Positions 17,811 through 30,213 of a DNA stretch of 64,000 nucleotides are shown here, piece by piece. The DNA is from an uncultured delta proteobacterium. GTDB taxonomy: Bacteria > Myxococcota_A > Polyangia > Polyangiales > Polyangiaceae. Position 1 is the first letter of the stretch, and every line of letters begins with the position of its first letter. The position numbers and the translations under genes are program-made. The DNA is taken from assembly GCA_963841435.1 (NCBI GenBank), contig CAWJCS010000003.1, forward strand, positions 800,001 through 864,000. Direction: 5' to 3'. Under the pieces are notes generated by a model. It was not told where the DNA came from. It did not search any database and worked only from the letters and a program-made list of their open reading frames with translations.

Positions 17811-19676
17811 ATGAAACTCACGGTCATGGTTCTATTCGGCATCCTGCTCACTCTGAGCCCCCAGGTCGCGCGCATGCTGGGCCACGATCCGGGCCTCGGC
17901 CCGAGTCTCGGCGCCACCATCGCGGGCGTCGTGCTGCTCTGCCTCTCGAGCGTGCTCGCGCTCTTCGCGCGGCTGTACCGGCGCACGCGGTCTTCCCAGG
18001 CCCTCGTGCGCACGGGCGCCGGCGGTGCACGCGTCGTGCGCGACGGCGGTGCACTCGTGATCCCCATCTTGCACGAGCTCGTGCCGGTGAGCTTGCAAAC
18101 CATCAAGCTCGAGGTCGAGCGCCGCGACGAGGACGCCCTCATCACGCTCGACAAACTCCGCGCCGACATCTCGGCGGAGTTCTTCGTGCGCGTGCAACCG
18201 GACGACGAAAGCATCCTGCAGGCCTCGCGCTCGCTCGGCGAGCGCATGGGCAACGCCGCCGCCGTCAAGGAGCTCATCGAGGACAAGCTCGTGAGCGCCC
18301 TTCGCACGGCCGCGGCGGGAAAGTCGCTCGAGCAGCTCAATTCCGAGCGCGACGCCTTCCTCGCCGAGGTCATCAAACTCGTCGCCGACGACCTTCAGTC
18401 GAACGGCCTCGTGCTCGAGACGGCCACGATCTCGCGTCTCGACCAGACGGACGAAAAGTTCCTGAAGGCCGAGAACATCTTCGACGCGCAGGGTCGCCGC
18501 AAGATCGCGGAGATCACGCAGCTGAATCTCACGGAGCGCAATCGCCTCGTGCGAGAAGGCGAGGAGGCGAGGAAGCGCCAGGACGTGAACGCGAAGAAGC
18601 TCGTGCTCGATCACGAGCTCTTCGAGCAGCGGGCGCACGCCGAGCAGCGGGCGCACGTCGCCGAGGTCGAGGCCGAGGCGCGGCGCGTGAGCGAGGAGCG
18701 GCGCATCGTCGCCGAGCGGCAGATCGAGCTGGCGAACCTCGAGAAGGCCGGCTCCGTGGAGCTCGCGCTCCGCGCGCAGCAGAAGAACGTCGAGGTCGCG
18801 GAGCGCCAGAAGCTCGAGGCCATCGCCGAGGCGGAGCAGCGCCACGCGCTCGCCGAGGCGGAGCTCGAGCTACGCCGCGCCGAGCTCGAGCGCGCTCACC
18901 AGCAGGTGGAGACGGTACGCGTTACGGAAGCCGCCGAACGCGACAAGCGGAAGCTGGTGATCGACGCGGAGGCGGCTGCCGAGCAAAAGTACGTCGCCGA
19001 CCAGCGCCGTGCGGATGCCGACGCCTACACCCGCGAGAGGCAAGCCCAAGCGCAGCATGCGGCCGCGAGCGCGGAAGCGTCGGCTTTGCGCACCAAGGCC
19101 GAGGCCGAAGCAGAAGCCGAGGCACGCCGGGCCGAGGGCGAGCGAGCACGGGCCATGGTGCCCGTCGAGGTCGAGCGGGCGAAGGTTGCCGTCGAGCGCG
19201 AGCGCGTCGACAACGTCGTCAAGGCGGAGCTCGAAGCGCGCGAGAGACACGGCAAGGTGGCGCAGGAGTTCGAGATCGCCAAGCTCCGTGTCGAGGCCGA
19301 GCGCGAGGTTCGTATCGCCATCGCGCACGCCTCGGCGACGCTCTTCACGAAGGTCCAGGCAAACCTCTACGGCACGCCCGAGGACGTTGCGAAGATCGGC
19401 CAGGCGTTCTTGCGCGGTCAGAGCGCGGCGCTCACGGCGAACGGCTTCTTCGAAGCCGCGTCGAGCGCAACGGACGGCGCGCTCGACAAGCTCGGACAGA
19501 GTGCCGACGGCCTGCTCACGGCGCTCGCCACGCGGCTTGCCGCACCCGGCGACCAACCGTCGTCGTCCGAGACCAAGACGGACGCCACGAGCGAGGCGCC
19601 CGCCGACGCCGAGGGCGCGCCGCTGCCGCCCAGCGCGGCAAACGGAGCGTCGGCAGAGGCGCCCGAGCACGGCTGA
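17811..19676 (+). CDS. Flotillin/SPFH-domain protein (YqiK-like)
   Basis: ALVRTGAGG..V..GG..V.P.LH, LITLDKLRADISAEFFVRV, long Glu/Ala/Arg coiled coil; ATG 17811 after AAGGAG. Confidence 0.92.
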   Translation: MKLTVMVLFGILLTLSPQVARMLGHDPGLGPSLGATIAGVVLLCLSSVLALFARLYRRTRSSQALVRTGAGGARVVRDGGALVIPILHELVPVSLQTIKLEVERRDEDALITLDKLRADISAEFFVRVQPDDESILQASRSLGERMGNAAAVKELIEDKLVSALRTAAAGKSLEQLNSERDAFLAEVIKLVADDLQSNGLVLETATISRLDQTDEKFLKAENIFDAQGRRKIAEITQLNLTERNRLVREGEEARKRQDVNAKKLVLDHELFEQRAHAEQRAHVAEVEAEARRVSEERRIVAERQIELANLEKAGSVELALRAQQKNVEVAERQKLEAIAEAEQRHALAEAELELRRAELERAHQQVETVRVTEAAERDKRKLVIDAEAAAEQKYVADQRRADADAYTRERQAQAQHAAASAEASALRTKAEAEAEAEARRAEGERARAMVPVEVERAKVAVERERVDNVVKAELEARERHGKVAQEFEIAKLRVEAEREVRIAIAHASATLFTKVQANLYGTPEDVAKIGQAFLRGQSAALTANGFFEAASSATDGALDKLGQSADGLLTALATRLAAPGDQPSSSETKTDATSEAPADAEGAPLPPSAANGASAEAPEHG

Positions 19677-19701
19677 CCGGGCGAGAGTCAGCGTTCGCAT
19701 G

Positions 19702-19737
19702 GCCGGGAAAGCGGGACATCGTGCCCGCTTTCCCGGC
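19702..19737. terminator. Perfect 14-bp stem-loop between convergent genes
   Basis: GCCGGGAAAGCGGG-ACATCGTG-CCCGCTTTCCCGGC; no strong U-tract. Confidence 0.55.
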
Positions 19738-19790
19738 GTCGATCGCCCTCCTTTCCCGGAAGCGCGGGACAACGGCAACGAAGGCGCTCC

Positions 19791-20270
19791 TCAGCCCGGC
19801 GAGGGCCAAGTCACCGGGGATCGAAGCTCGGCAGCGACCGCCATGAGCGTGTTCATGCCCCAGTGCTCGACGTACCGTCCGCCCCGCACGCGCACGATGT
19901 CGATCACTTCGATACGCACGGGGCGCCCGGTCGGGGGAAGGTCGAAGAGCGGTCCGGCGTGCGTGCCCACGAGCGATTTTCGCGTCGTCACGAGGTCGCC
20001 CTCGGCGATCTGCTCGTGGATCTCGACCCGAAGGTCCGGGAACGCCGGGCGCAGCACGCCGCTCAGCATCGACCACATGCCCTCGGGTCCCTTCGGAACA
20101 CCGGGAGGGGCCGTGTGATTGACGAAGTCGGGCGCCATGAGCTCGCGAAAGGCGGTCTCGTCCCCGCGCTCGATGACGGCGCGATTGAACCTTAACACCA
20201 CGGCCCTGTTCGACTCGAGGTCCGGCGCGTCCACGGCCTCGACGTTACCACCGGCGCTCCGTCGAATCAT
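19791..20270 (-). CDS. SnoaL-like ester cyclase (start uncertain)
   Basis: NRAVVLRF..APDFVNH..AFPDL.VEIHEQIAEGDLV..GTH.G..PPTGRPV..DIVRV..EHWG. Confidence 0.88.
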   Translation of the reverse strand: MIRRSAGGNVEAVDAPDLESNRAVVLRFNRAVIERGDETAFRELMAPDFVNHTAPPGVPKGPEGMWSMLSGVLRPAFPDLRVEIHEQIAEGDLVTTRKSLVGTHAGPLFDLPPTGRPVRIEVIDIVRVRGGRYVEHWGMNTLMAVAAELRSPVTWPSPG

Positions 20271-20657
20271 CGGGTCACACGCGTCACGACGCACGATGGT
20301 CACGCGACTGTCTTCGACGCCGCAACTCCCGTCGTCGAACAAGCGTGCCTCGCACCATCCCGTCGGCGCGCGAAGGGCCCCGAGCGCTCGGGCGCTCGAG
20401 AACGCACCGTCTTTCGCAGCGCTACGGAGGACGAGCCCGGCCTGGTCGATTTTTTTTCGAGACGAAGCACACCGCCGAATCTTCAGTTCGCGAACCCGAC
20501 CGAGGTCAGCGAGATCAACACTGACCTTCACGAAATCCCAAGCTTCGTGTCCGAGGACGGCTGCCGGCTCTATTTCGATCGCGTGGAGATAGCCGAGTTC
20601 GGGTGGGGTCTCGGCCCCGAAAACGCGTTCGTCGCGGAGCGCACGCCCGGCGGGTGA
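20240..20657 (+). pseudogene. Start-less C-terminal relic of a PD40/TolB-like beta-propeller gene
   Basis: Frame open 20196-20657 with no start codon until an internal GTG near the 3' end; reads FANPTEVSEINTDLHEIPSFVSEDGCRLYFDR..FVAERTPGG*. Confidence 0.5.
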
Positions 20658-20847
20658 GCGGGCGCGTGGGCGGGGCGCGCCTTGTGTGCCCGGGCCGGCC
20701 CGCGAGCTGATCCGGCGCAGGCGCGCGCTGACACCCCCGTCATTCCGCGTATTTCCCCGGCTTGCTTGCCAACCTCCCGGGATCGATGGCTAGACTGACG
20801 CCCGTGTCACCCACCCCCCTCGAGGGCGCGCTGAGAGGACCCGAGCG

Positions 20848-24489
<3,642 letters not shown>

Positions 24490-24532
24490 ATTCGATGCTT
24501 TCCTCCGCTCGTCCTTGCCCCGGTCGTCGCTC

Positions 24533-24751
24533 GATCGAGATCCGTTCTTCCAAGACCGCAAGGTCGTGTTGGGCGGGGCATTCGCGACGTCTCGTCTCGT
24601 TTCAGTCGTTCTTTGCGCCGTCGCGCGACCGTGTCGTTCGTCAACGAGAGTGCGCCCGTTCCGCCGGTTCTCGTGTTTGGGAAGCTCCCTCTCACGCGGA
24701 TCGAGATCTGTTCTTCCAAGACCGCAAGGTCGTGTTGGGCGGGGCATTCGC
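24533..24751 (+). repeat. Two 53-bp direct repeats (24533-24585 and 24699-24751, one mismatch) with internal GCAA tetraloop hairpin
   Basis: GATCGAGATC[C/T]GTTCTTCCAAGACCGCAAGGTCGTGTTGGGCGGGGCATTCGC twice, period 166 bp, intergenic. Confidence 0.95.
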
Positions 24752-24766
24752 CCCGCCGTTCTTTCC
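24738..24766 (+). terminator. Terminator-like hairpin overlapping repeat copy 2
   Basis: GGCGGGGC-ATTC-GCCCCGCC followed by GTTCTTTCC, about 30 nt before ATG 24798. Confidence 0.5.
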
Positions 24767-24797
24767 CAAGTTTCTCTGAAGTCTAAGGAGACCTCCG

Positions 24798-26708
24798 ATG
24801 ACCCAGCAGATGATTCCCAACGGCCCCACGAAGAAAAGCCTTCCCATCGTCGGTAAGACGCAGTCGCTCGATGTCGATGCGGAGCTTGCCGCGTTCGAAG
24901 CCGAAGAACGTGCGCGCCTCGGGCTCGCCGTCGAGGAGCAGTGGCTCGAGCAGATGGCAAACCTCTCCTTCACGAAGAAGGAAAAGGGGAAGATCACGCT
25001 GCTCATCGGCGGCCTGACCATGGCGCACGACTACCTGATCTCCGGCGCGTTCCGGAGTCTCGGCTACAACGTCGTGCCCCTCGACGCGCCGGACTACGAC
25101 GCGCTTCGCGTCGGCAAGGAGTTCGGAAACCGTGGGCAGTGCAACCCCACCTACTTCACCGTGGGAAACCTCGTGAAGTTCTTGCTTCACGTGCAGCAAA
25201 AGGAAGGGCTCACCGCCAAGCAGGTGATCGACCAGTACGTGTTCTTGACGGCCGGCGCCTGCGGCCCCTGCCGCTTCGGCATGTACGTCACCGAGTACCG
25301 AAAGGCGCTGCGTGACGCCGGCTTCGACGGCTTCCGCGTGATGCTGTTCCAGCAGCAGGGCGGCCTGAGCCAGGCGACGGGCGAGGAGAGCGGCCTCGAG
25401 CTCAACCCGAAGTTTTTCATCGGACTGCTCAAGGGTCTGGTCGCCGGCGATGTCATCAACGGCATCGCGTACCGCCTGCGCCCCTACGAGGTCGTCCCCG
25501 GTGCCACGGACAAGGCCATCGCCGAGGCGAAGAAGATTTGTTACGACGCGCTCTTCGAGCGGCGCAGCATCTTGCGTGCCCTCTACCAGTCGCGAAAAAT
25601 CTTCGAAAAGGTCGAAGTCGATCGCACGATCCCCAAGCCCAAGGTTGCCATCATCGGCGAGTTCTGGGCCATGACGACCGAGGGCGACGGCAACTACCAG
25701 CTCCAGCGCTTCCTCGAGCAGGAAGGCGCCGAGTGCGACATCCAGTTCGTCACGGCGTGGCTGCTCTACAACGTGTGGGAGGTGCGCTTCGACACGAAGA
25801 GCCGTGCGCTGCTCCGCCAGCACGACACGGGCAAGAACGGCCTCAACGGCATGGGCGAGTTCGGCGTCCTCAGCCGTCAGCTCGCGCTCTGGGCCGCCGA
25901 CAAGGCGATCCGCGTCGGGTTCCAGACCTTCGCCAACGTCGCAGGGTTTTACAACTACCACCTGGCCGACATGGACGAGGTGGCCGACGTGGCTGCGCCC
26001 TTCTACAACAACGATCTCCGCGGCGGCGAAGGCCACATGGAGGTCGGCAAGCTCATTTTGAACGTGGTCAAGAGCAAGGCCACGATGACACTCAGCGTGA
26101 AGCCGTTCGGTTGCATGCCGAGCTCGAGCGTGTCGGACGGCGTGCAGTCGCTCATCACCGAGCGCTACCCGGGCACCATCTACTGCGCGGTCGAGACCAG
26201 CGGCGACGGCGCCGTGAACTTCCAGAGCCGCGTGCAGATGTACCTCTTCAAGGCGCGCCAGGCGGCGACCGAAGACTTCGAGAGCGCTCTCGAGAAGACG
26301 GGCCTCACGGTCGAGAAGCTCCGCGCGTTCCTCGAGGCGAACCCGAAGTACGCGGCGGGCCTACACAAGTCCCCGCACTTCGCCGCGAGCACGCCGGCCG
26401 ACCTCGTGTACGAGGTCGCCGAGATCGTCAACACGACGCGCGCGCAGCGGCTCGCCAAGAAGGCCGAGAAGACGGCCCGCGCTGCCTACGCTTTCGCGAC
26501 GCGCGCCGCCAAGGACGCGCCGTCGAACGCCAAGTCCGCCGCCTCGCTCATCGCGGCGGGCGCCGTCGAGCTCGCCGAGATCGCCAAGGAAAAGGGCCCC
26601 GGCTTCGCCGAAAGCGCTGCCCAGAAGGCGCGCGCGAAGCTCGCCGAGGTGCTTCCTTTCGTGAAGAAGGAAGAGCCGCGCGAGCCGGTCGTCGCCGCGG
26701 CAGAGTAG
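24798..26708 (+). CDS. 2-hydroxyacyl-CoA dehydratase/reductase-like Fe-S protein (PlsR-like) with Ala/Lys-rich tail
   Basis: QCNPTYFTVG, GACGPCRFGMY, PKVAIIGEF, GEG, KPFGCMP; SD AAGGAG. Confidence 0.85.
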   Translation: MTQQMIPNGPTKKSLPIVGKTQSLDVDAELAAFEAEERARLGLAVEEQWLEQMANLSFTKKEKGKITLLIGGLTMAHDYLISGAFRSLGYNVVPLDAPDYDALRVGKEFGNRGQCNPTYFTVGNLVKFLLHVQQKEGLTAKQVIDQYVFLTAGACGPCRFGMYVTEYRKALRDAGFDGFRVMLFQQQGGLSQATGEESGLELNPKFFIGLLKGLVAGDVINGIAYRLRPYEVVPGATDKAIAEAKKICYDALFERRSILRALYQSRKIFEKVEVDRTIPKPKVAIIGEFWAMTTEGDGNYQLQRFLEQEGAECDIQFVTAWLLYNVWEVRFDTKSRALLRQHDTGKNGLNGMGEFGVLSRQLALWAADKAIRVGFQTFANVAGFYNYHLADMDEVADVAAPFYNNDLRGGEGHMEVGKLILNVVKSKATMTLSVKPFGCMPSSSVSDGVQSLITERYPGTIYCAVETSGDGAVNFQSRVQMYLFKARQAATEDFESALEKTGLTVEKLRAFLEANPKYAAGLHKSPHFAASTPADLVYEVAEIVNTTRAQRLAKKAEKTARAAYAFATRAAKDAPSNAKSAASLIAAGAVELAEIAKEKGPGFAESAAQKARAKLAEVLPFVKKEEPREPVVAAAE

Positions 26709-26775
26709 CTCGAAGCCCGGCGGATCCCGCAGGCGCCGCGCGCTGATCGTCTCGGCGATCACGCGCGGCGTGCGC

Positions 26776-27684
26776 TCACGCCTGGGCGCTGTGCACGGAA
26801 AGCTGCTGCTCGCGCTCGCTCGAGCGGGCGCGGAGCTGGCGGGAGGCGCGCACCGCGTAGACGATGCCGACGATGACGAAGACGGGCGTCAAGACGAGCA
26901 GCACGCCGTTCGGCGCGTCGAGCAGCTTCAACGCGGAGAGCAGGAGGACGACGATCAGCGCGGGTCGGATCACATGGTCGGGAGCCCGCGACGAGAAATG
27001 CGCCCCGAGCAGCACGGCGGGGATGCTACCGACGAGGATCGACCCCGTGAGGCCGAGCGCGAAGTTGCCGAACAGGAGGTGCCCGATGGCGGCGCTCGTG
27101 ACGAGCGGTACCGCCTGAACGAGGTCGGTACCGACGAGCTCCGAGAGCCTGAGACGCGGGTACAGCATCAGGAGCAGGATGATCATCAGCGAGCCGGAGC
27201 CGACCGACGTGAGCCCGACGATCAGCCCTCCCGTGATGCCAATGAGCAGCGTGGGCAGCGGCTTGACCACGAACGGCAGCTGGCTCTCGCCCGGCAGCTT
27301 GCGCGCCGCGAGCAGTGGACGCACCACGAGACCGATCGAGACGATGAGGAGCACGGCACCGAGCGCGGTCTTCACGTGCGCCTGCAGGTTCGGTCCCACG
27401 CCGAGCTGCCTGAGCAGAAGGACCCCGAGAAACGCGGATGGAACCGATCCCAGGACCAGCCATTTGACGAGCCCCATGTTGACGGTCCCGCGACGCCAGT
27501 GAACGCCGCCACCGATGGGGCGCATGATCATCGATGCGACGATGTCACTGGAAACGGCGGTGAGAGGCTCGACGCCGAACAGGAGCACCAAAACCGGCGT
27601 CATCAGCGCACCGCCGCCCATGCCCGTCAGGCCGACGACGAAGCCAACGCAGGCCCCTGCGATGATCACCAGCGGATCGAGCAT
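26776..27684 (-). CDS. Sulfite exporter TauE/SafE family protein
   Basis: VGFVVGLTGMGGGALMTP, VGLTSVGSGSL, LVGTDLVQAVPL. Confidence 0.92.
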   Translation of the reverse strand: MLDPLVIIAGACVGFVVGLTGMGGGALMTPVLVLLFGVEPLTAVSSDIVASMIMRPIGGGVHWRRGTVNMGLVKWLVLGSVPSAFLGVLLLRQLGVGPNLQAHVKTALGAVLLIVSIGLVVRPLLAARKLPGESQLPFVVKPLPTLLIGITGGLIVGLTSVGSGSLMIILLLMLYPRLRLSELVGTDLVQAVPLVTSAAIGHLLFGNFALGLTGSILVGSIPAVLLGAHFSSRAPDHVIRPALIVVLLLSALKLLDAPNGVLLVLTPVFVIVGIVYAVRASRQLRARSSEREQQLSVHSAQA

Positions 27685-27823
27685 GCCAGAATGGTACCTC
27701 GACCCCGGCGACTTCCTGCTATCTCGATGGGATTAGCCGGGAAAAAATTCATCATCGCTGCTCGAATTGACCTGCAGGCCGAACGATGGGTTTGCGTCAA
27801 TCCAACCATGCTTCGACTTTCGA

Positions 27824-28744
27824 CTATTGCTGTCCGGCGGGAGCCGGAAGTGCGGGGTCCACGGCGGCGCCAAGGGCAAGGGCAAGGGCGCGATCGCGGC
27901 GACTTGAGCGCAGCGCGTGAGCGACTCCGATAGCCGCCGTGACGGGGACAAAAACGGCCATGACCGCGTTGCCGACGCCGAGCAGCTTGAGGGCAGAAGC
28001 GGCGAGCACGACGATCAGCGCGGGACGGATGACGTAGTCGGGCGCGCGCGACGAGAAGCGCGCGCCGAGGAACACGCCGGGGACGCTCCCGATGAGAATG
28101 GAGGCGGTGAGCGCGAGCTGGAAGTCGCCGAACAGCAGGTGACCGATCGCAGCGCTCGTCACGAGCGGCACGGCCTGCACGAGATCGGTGCCCACGAGCT
28201 CCGACAGCTTGAGCCTGGGATAGAGCATCAGGAGTAGGATGATCATCAGGGAGCCAGATCCGACGGACGTGAGGCCGACGACGAGGCCGCCTGCCACGCC
28301 AACGAGCAGCGTCGCGAGCGGCCTCACGACGAACGGCGTCTGACTCTCGCGGGCGATCTTTCGGGAGGCGAGCAGCGGGCGCAAAACCAGCCCCACCGCG
28401 ACGACGAGCAACGCCACGCCGAGCGCTGTCTTGACGTGGAGCTGCAAGTCCGCGCCGACGCCGAGCTCCTTCAAGATGAGCACACCGAGGAACGCGGACG
28501 GGACCGAGCCGAGCGCGAGCCACTTGACGATGCCGAGATTGACCGTGCCGCGCCGCCAATGAACCCCGCCGCCGATCGGTTTCATCACCATCGACGCGAC
28601 GATGTCGCTCGAGACGGCGGCGAGCGGCGGGATCCCGAACAGCAGCACGAGGACCGGCGTCATGAGCGCGCCGCCGCCCATACCCGTTAGGCCGACGACG
28701 AAGCCGACGAACAAACCGGCGAGCGTGACGAGTGGATCGAGCAT
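27824..28744 (-). CDS. Sulfite exporter TauE/SafE family protein (tandem paralog)
   Basis: Same motifs, collinear with and closely similar to the downstream copy; both start MLDPLV. Confidence 0.92.
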   Translation of the reverse strand: MLDPLVTLAGLFVGFVVGLTGMGGGALMTPVLVLLFGIPPLAAVSSDIVASMVMKPIGGGVHWRRGTVNLGIVKWLALGSVPSAFLGVLILKELGVGADLQLHVKTALGVALLVVAVGLVLRPLLASRKIARESQTPFVVRPLATLLVGVAGGLVVGLTSVGSGSLMIILLLMLYPRLKLSELVGTDLVQAVPLVTSAAIGHLLFGDFQLALTASILIGSVPGVFLGARFSSRAPDYVIRPALIVVLAASALKLLGVGNAVMAVFVPVTAAIGVAHALRSSRRDRALALALGAAVDPALPAPAGQQ

Positions 28745-28842
28745 GCACATCAGCCTAGCGACCGATCATCTAATTGTCGATAGGTTTTATAGACTAAACT
28801 GGAAAACGCAAATCTTTCAATGATTTCATCAAATTGCAGGCA

Positions 28843-30213
28843 TCAGGCCGCGGGCGCGGGCGGGGCGATGCTGGTGCGCGGGATCTCGGCCTCTTCCTTT
28901 CGTGTCTCACCGGCGCGGTCGAGCGCGACCTTGAAGAGGATCGGACCGACGACCTCGTTGATGGCGACACCGGCGATGACGAGATCACCGAGGCCACTGC
29001 CGAGCCCGGGGAACGCGCGCTGGATCACGACGGCGAGCCCCAGCGAGAACCCGGCCTGCGAGATCAGCGATGACCAACCCCAGCGCCGGAGTGACGGCTC
29101 GTCGTTCGCGAGGCGGCTTGCAATGCGCGCCGCGGCCCACGTCGAGACGGCACGGGCCGCGCACAGCGAGAGCGCGAACGGCCAGAGCTGCTCGAGCAGC
29201 GGCAGATTGAGGTGTGCGCCCGCCGTCGCAAAGAAGACGACGAACACCACGCCCCCCGTTTGCTCGATGGCGTGCACGAGCTTGCCACCCTGCGCCGTGA
29301 GGTTTTGGACGACGAATCCCGCAACGAGGAACGCCAGCGTGGGGTTGACGTGAACGTAGCGCAAGAAATCCGTGAGCCCGAAGCCGATGGCGAGCAAGAC
29401 GAGCAGGAGCTGCCGGCCCACGAGGCGCAGGTACGCCGCCAGACCCAGACCGAGCGTCGTGCCGAACGCCACGCTGCCGAGTAGCTCGTGGCCCAGCTCC
29501 TGCACGTCTTTCAGGGAAAAACCGCCACCGCCGCCGATCAACGGCCGCGCGAACATCATCACGATAGCGAGCATCACGACGACGACAACGTCCGAGGCCA
29601 TGATGAACGCCAGCGAGAAGGTCGCGACGGGCCCCTTGGCCCGGGTTTGCGCGAGGATGCCCATGCACGCCGACGGGCTGCGACTGATCGAGAGCACGCC
29701 CCAGAGCAAAGAGACGCCGATGATCGGGGCGAGCCCGAGGTTTGCCATGAAGGGCAAGAAGGAAGCGACCCCGCCGAAGACGACGGCCATCGTCAAGAGC
29801 ACGAACAGGGACTGAACGAGCATGGCGTAGCGCAGGCTCTTCGCGACCTGGCGCAGGGTGCTGACGCGTAGCTCGGCACCGCCCGCCAGCGCGATCAGCG
29901 ACAGCGCCAGGGTGTTCACGGGTGAGAGCCGCTCCACCGTGTGGACATCCACGAGCTTTAGAACGTAAGGGCCGCCGACGATCCCCGCGAGCAAGTAGCC
30001 CGAGAGGTGCGGCAGACCCACCGTTTCGAGGAGCTCGCTCAGCAGCGTGCCGACGAGCAGCAGGTACCCGACGGCAGCGACCGTCCCGAGGTGGCCCTCG
30101 AGCTCGGGTGCGAGACGCGTCGCGGCGAACAGCACGCCGAATACGACGCCCAGCGAGACCAGCTGGACGATGCGGGTCACGAAGCCCTTCGGAGCGCTCG
30201 CCGCCGTGCTCAC
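28843..30213 (-). CDS. Cation:proton antiporter (CPA family)
   Basis: LPHLSGYLLAGIVGGP, GGAEL, FVVFFATAGAHL, SQAG.SLGLA, INEVVGP; about 12 TM. Confidence 0.88.
   Translation of the reverse strand: MSTAASAPKGFVTRIVQLVSLGVVFGVLFAATRLAPELEGHLGTVAAVGYLLLVGTLLSELLETVGLPHLSGYLLAGIVGGPYVLKLVDVHTVERLSPVNTLALSLIALAGGAELRVSTLRQVAKSLRYAMLVQSLFVLLTMAVVFGGVASFLPFMANLGLAPIIGVSLLWGVLSISRSPSACMGILAQTRAKGPVATFSLAFIMASDVVVVVMLAIVMMFARPLIGGGGGFSLKDVQELGHELLGSVAFGTTLGLGLAAYLRLVGRQLLLVLLAIGFGLTDFLRYVHVNPTLAFLVAGFVVQNLTAQGGKLVHAIEQTGGVVFVVFFATAGAHLNLPLLEQLWPFALSLCAARAVSTWAAARIASRLANDEPSLRRWGWSSLISQAGFSLGLAVVIQRAFPGLGSGLGDLVIAGVAINEVVGPILFKVALDRAGETRKEEAEIPRTSIAPPAPAA

Noticed and set aside
24533-24751. Direct repeats read as a CRISPR array or IS ends
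   Set aside because: Only two copies, 53-bp repeat with 113-bp spacer, no cas or transposase gene, and direct rather than inverted orientation
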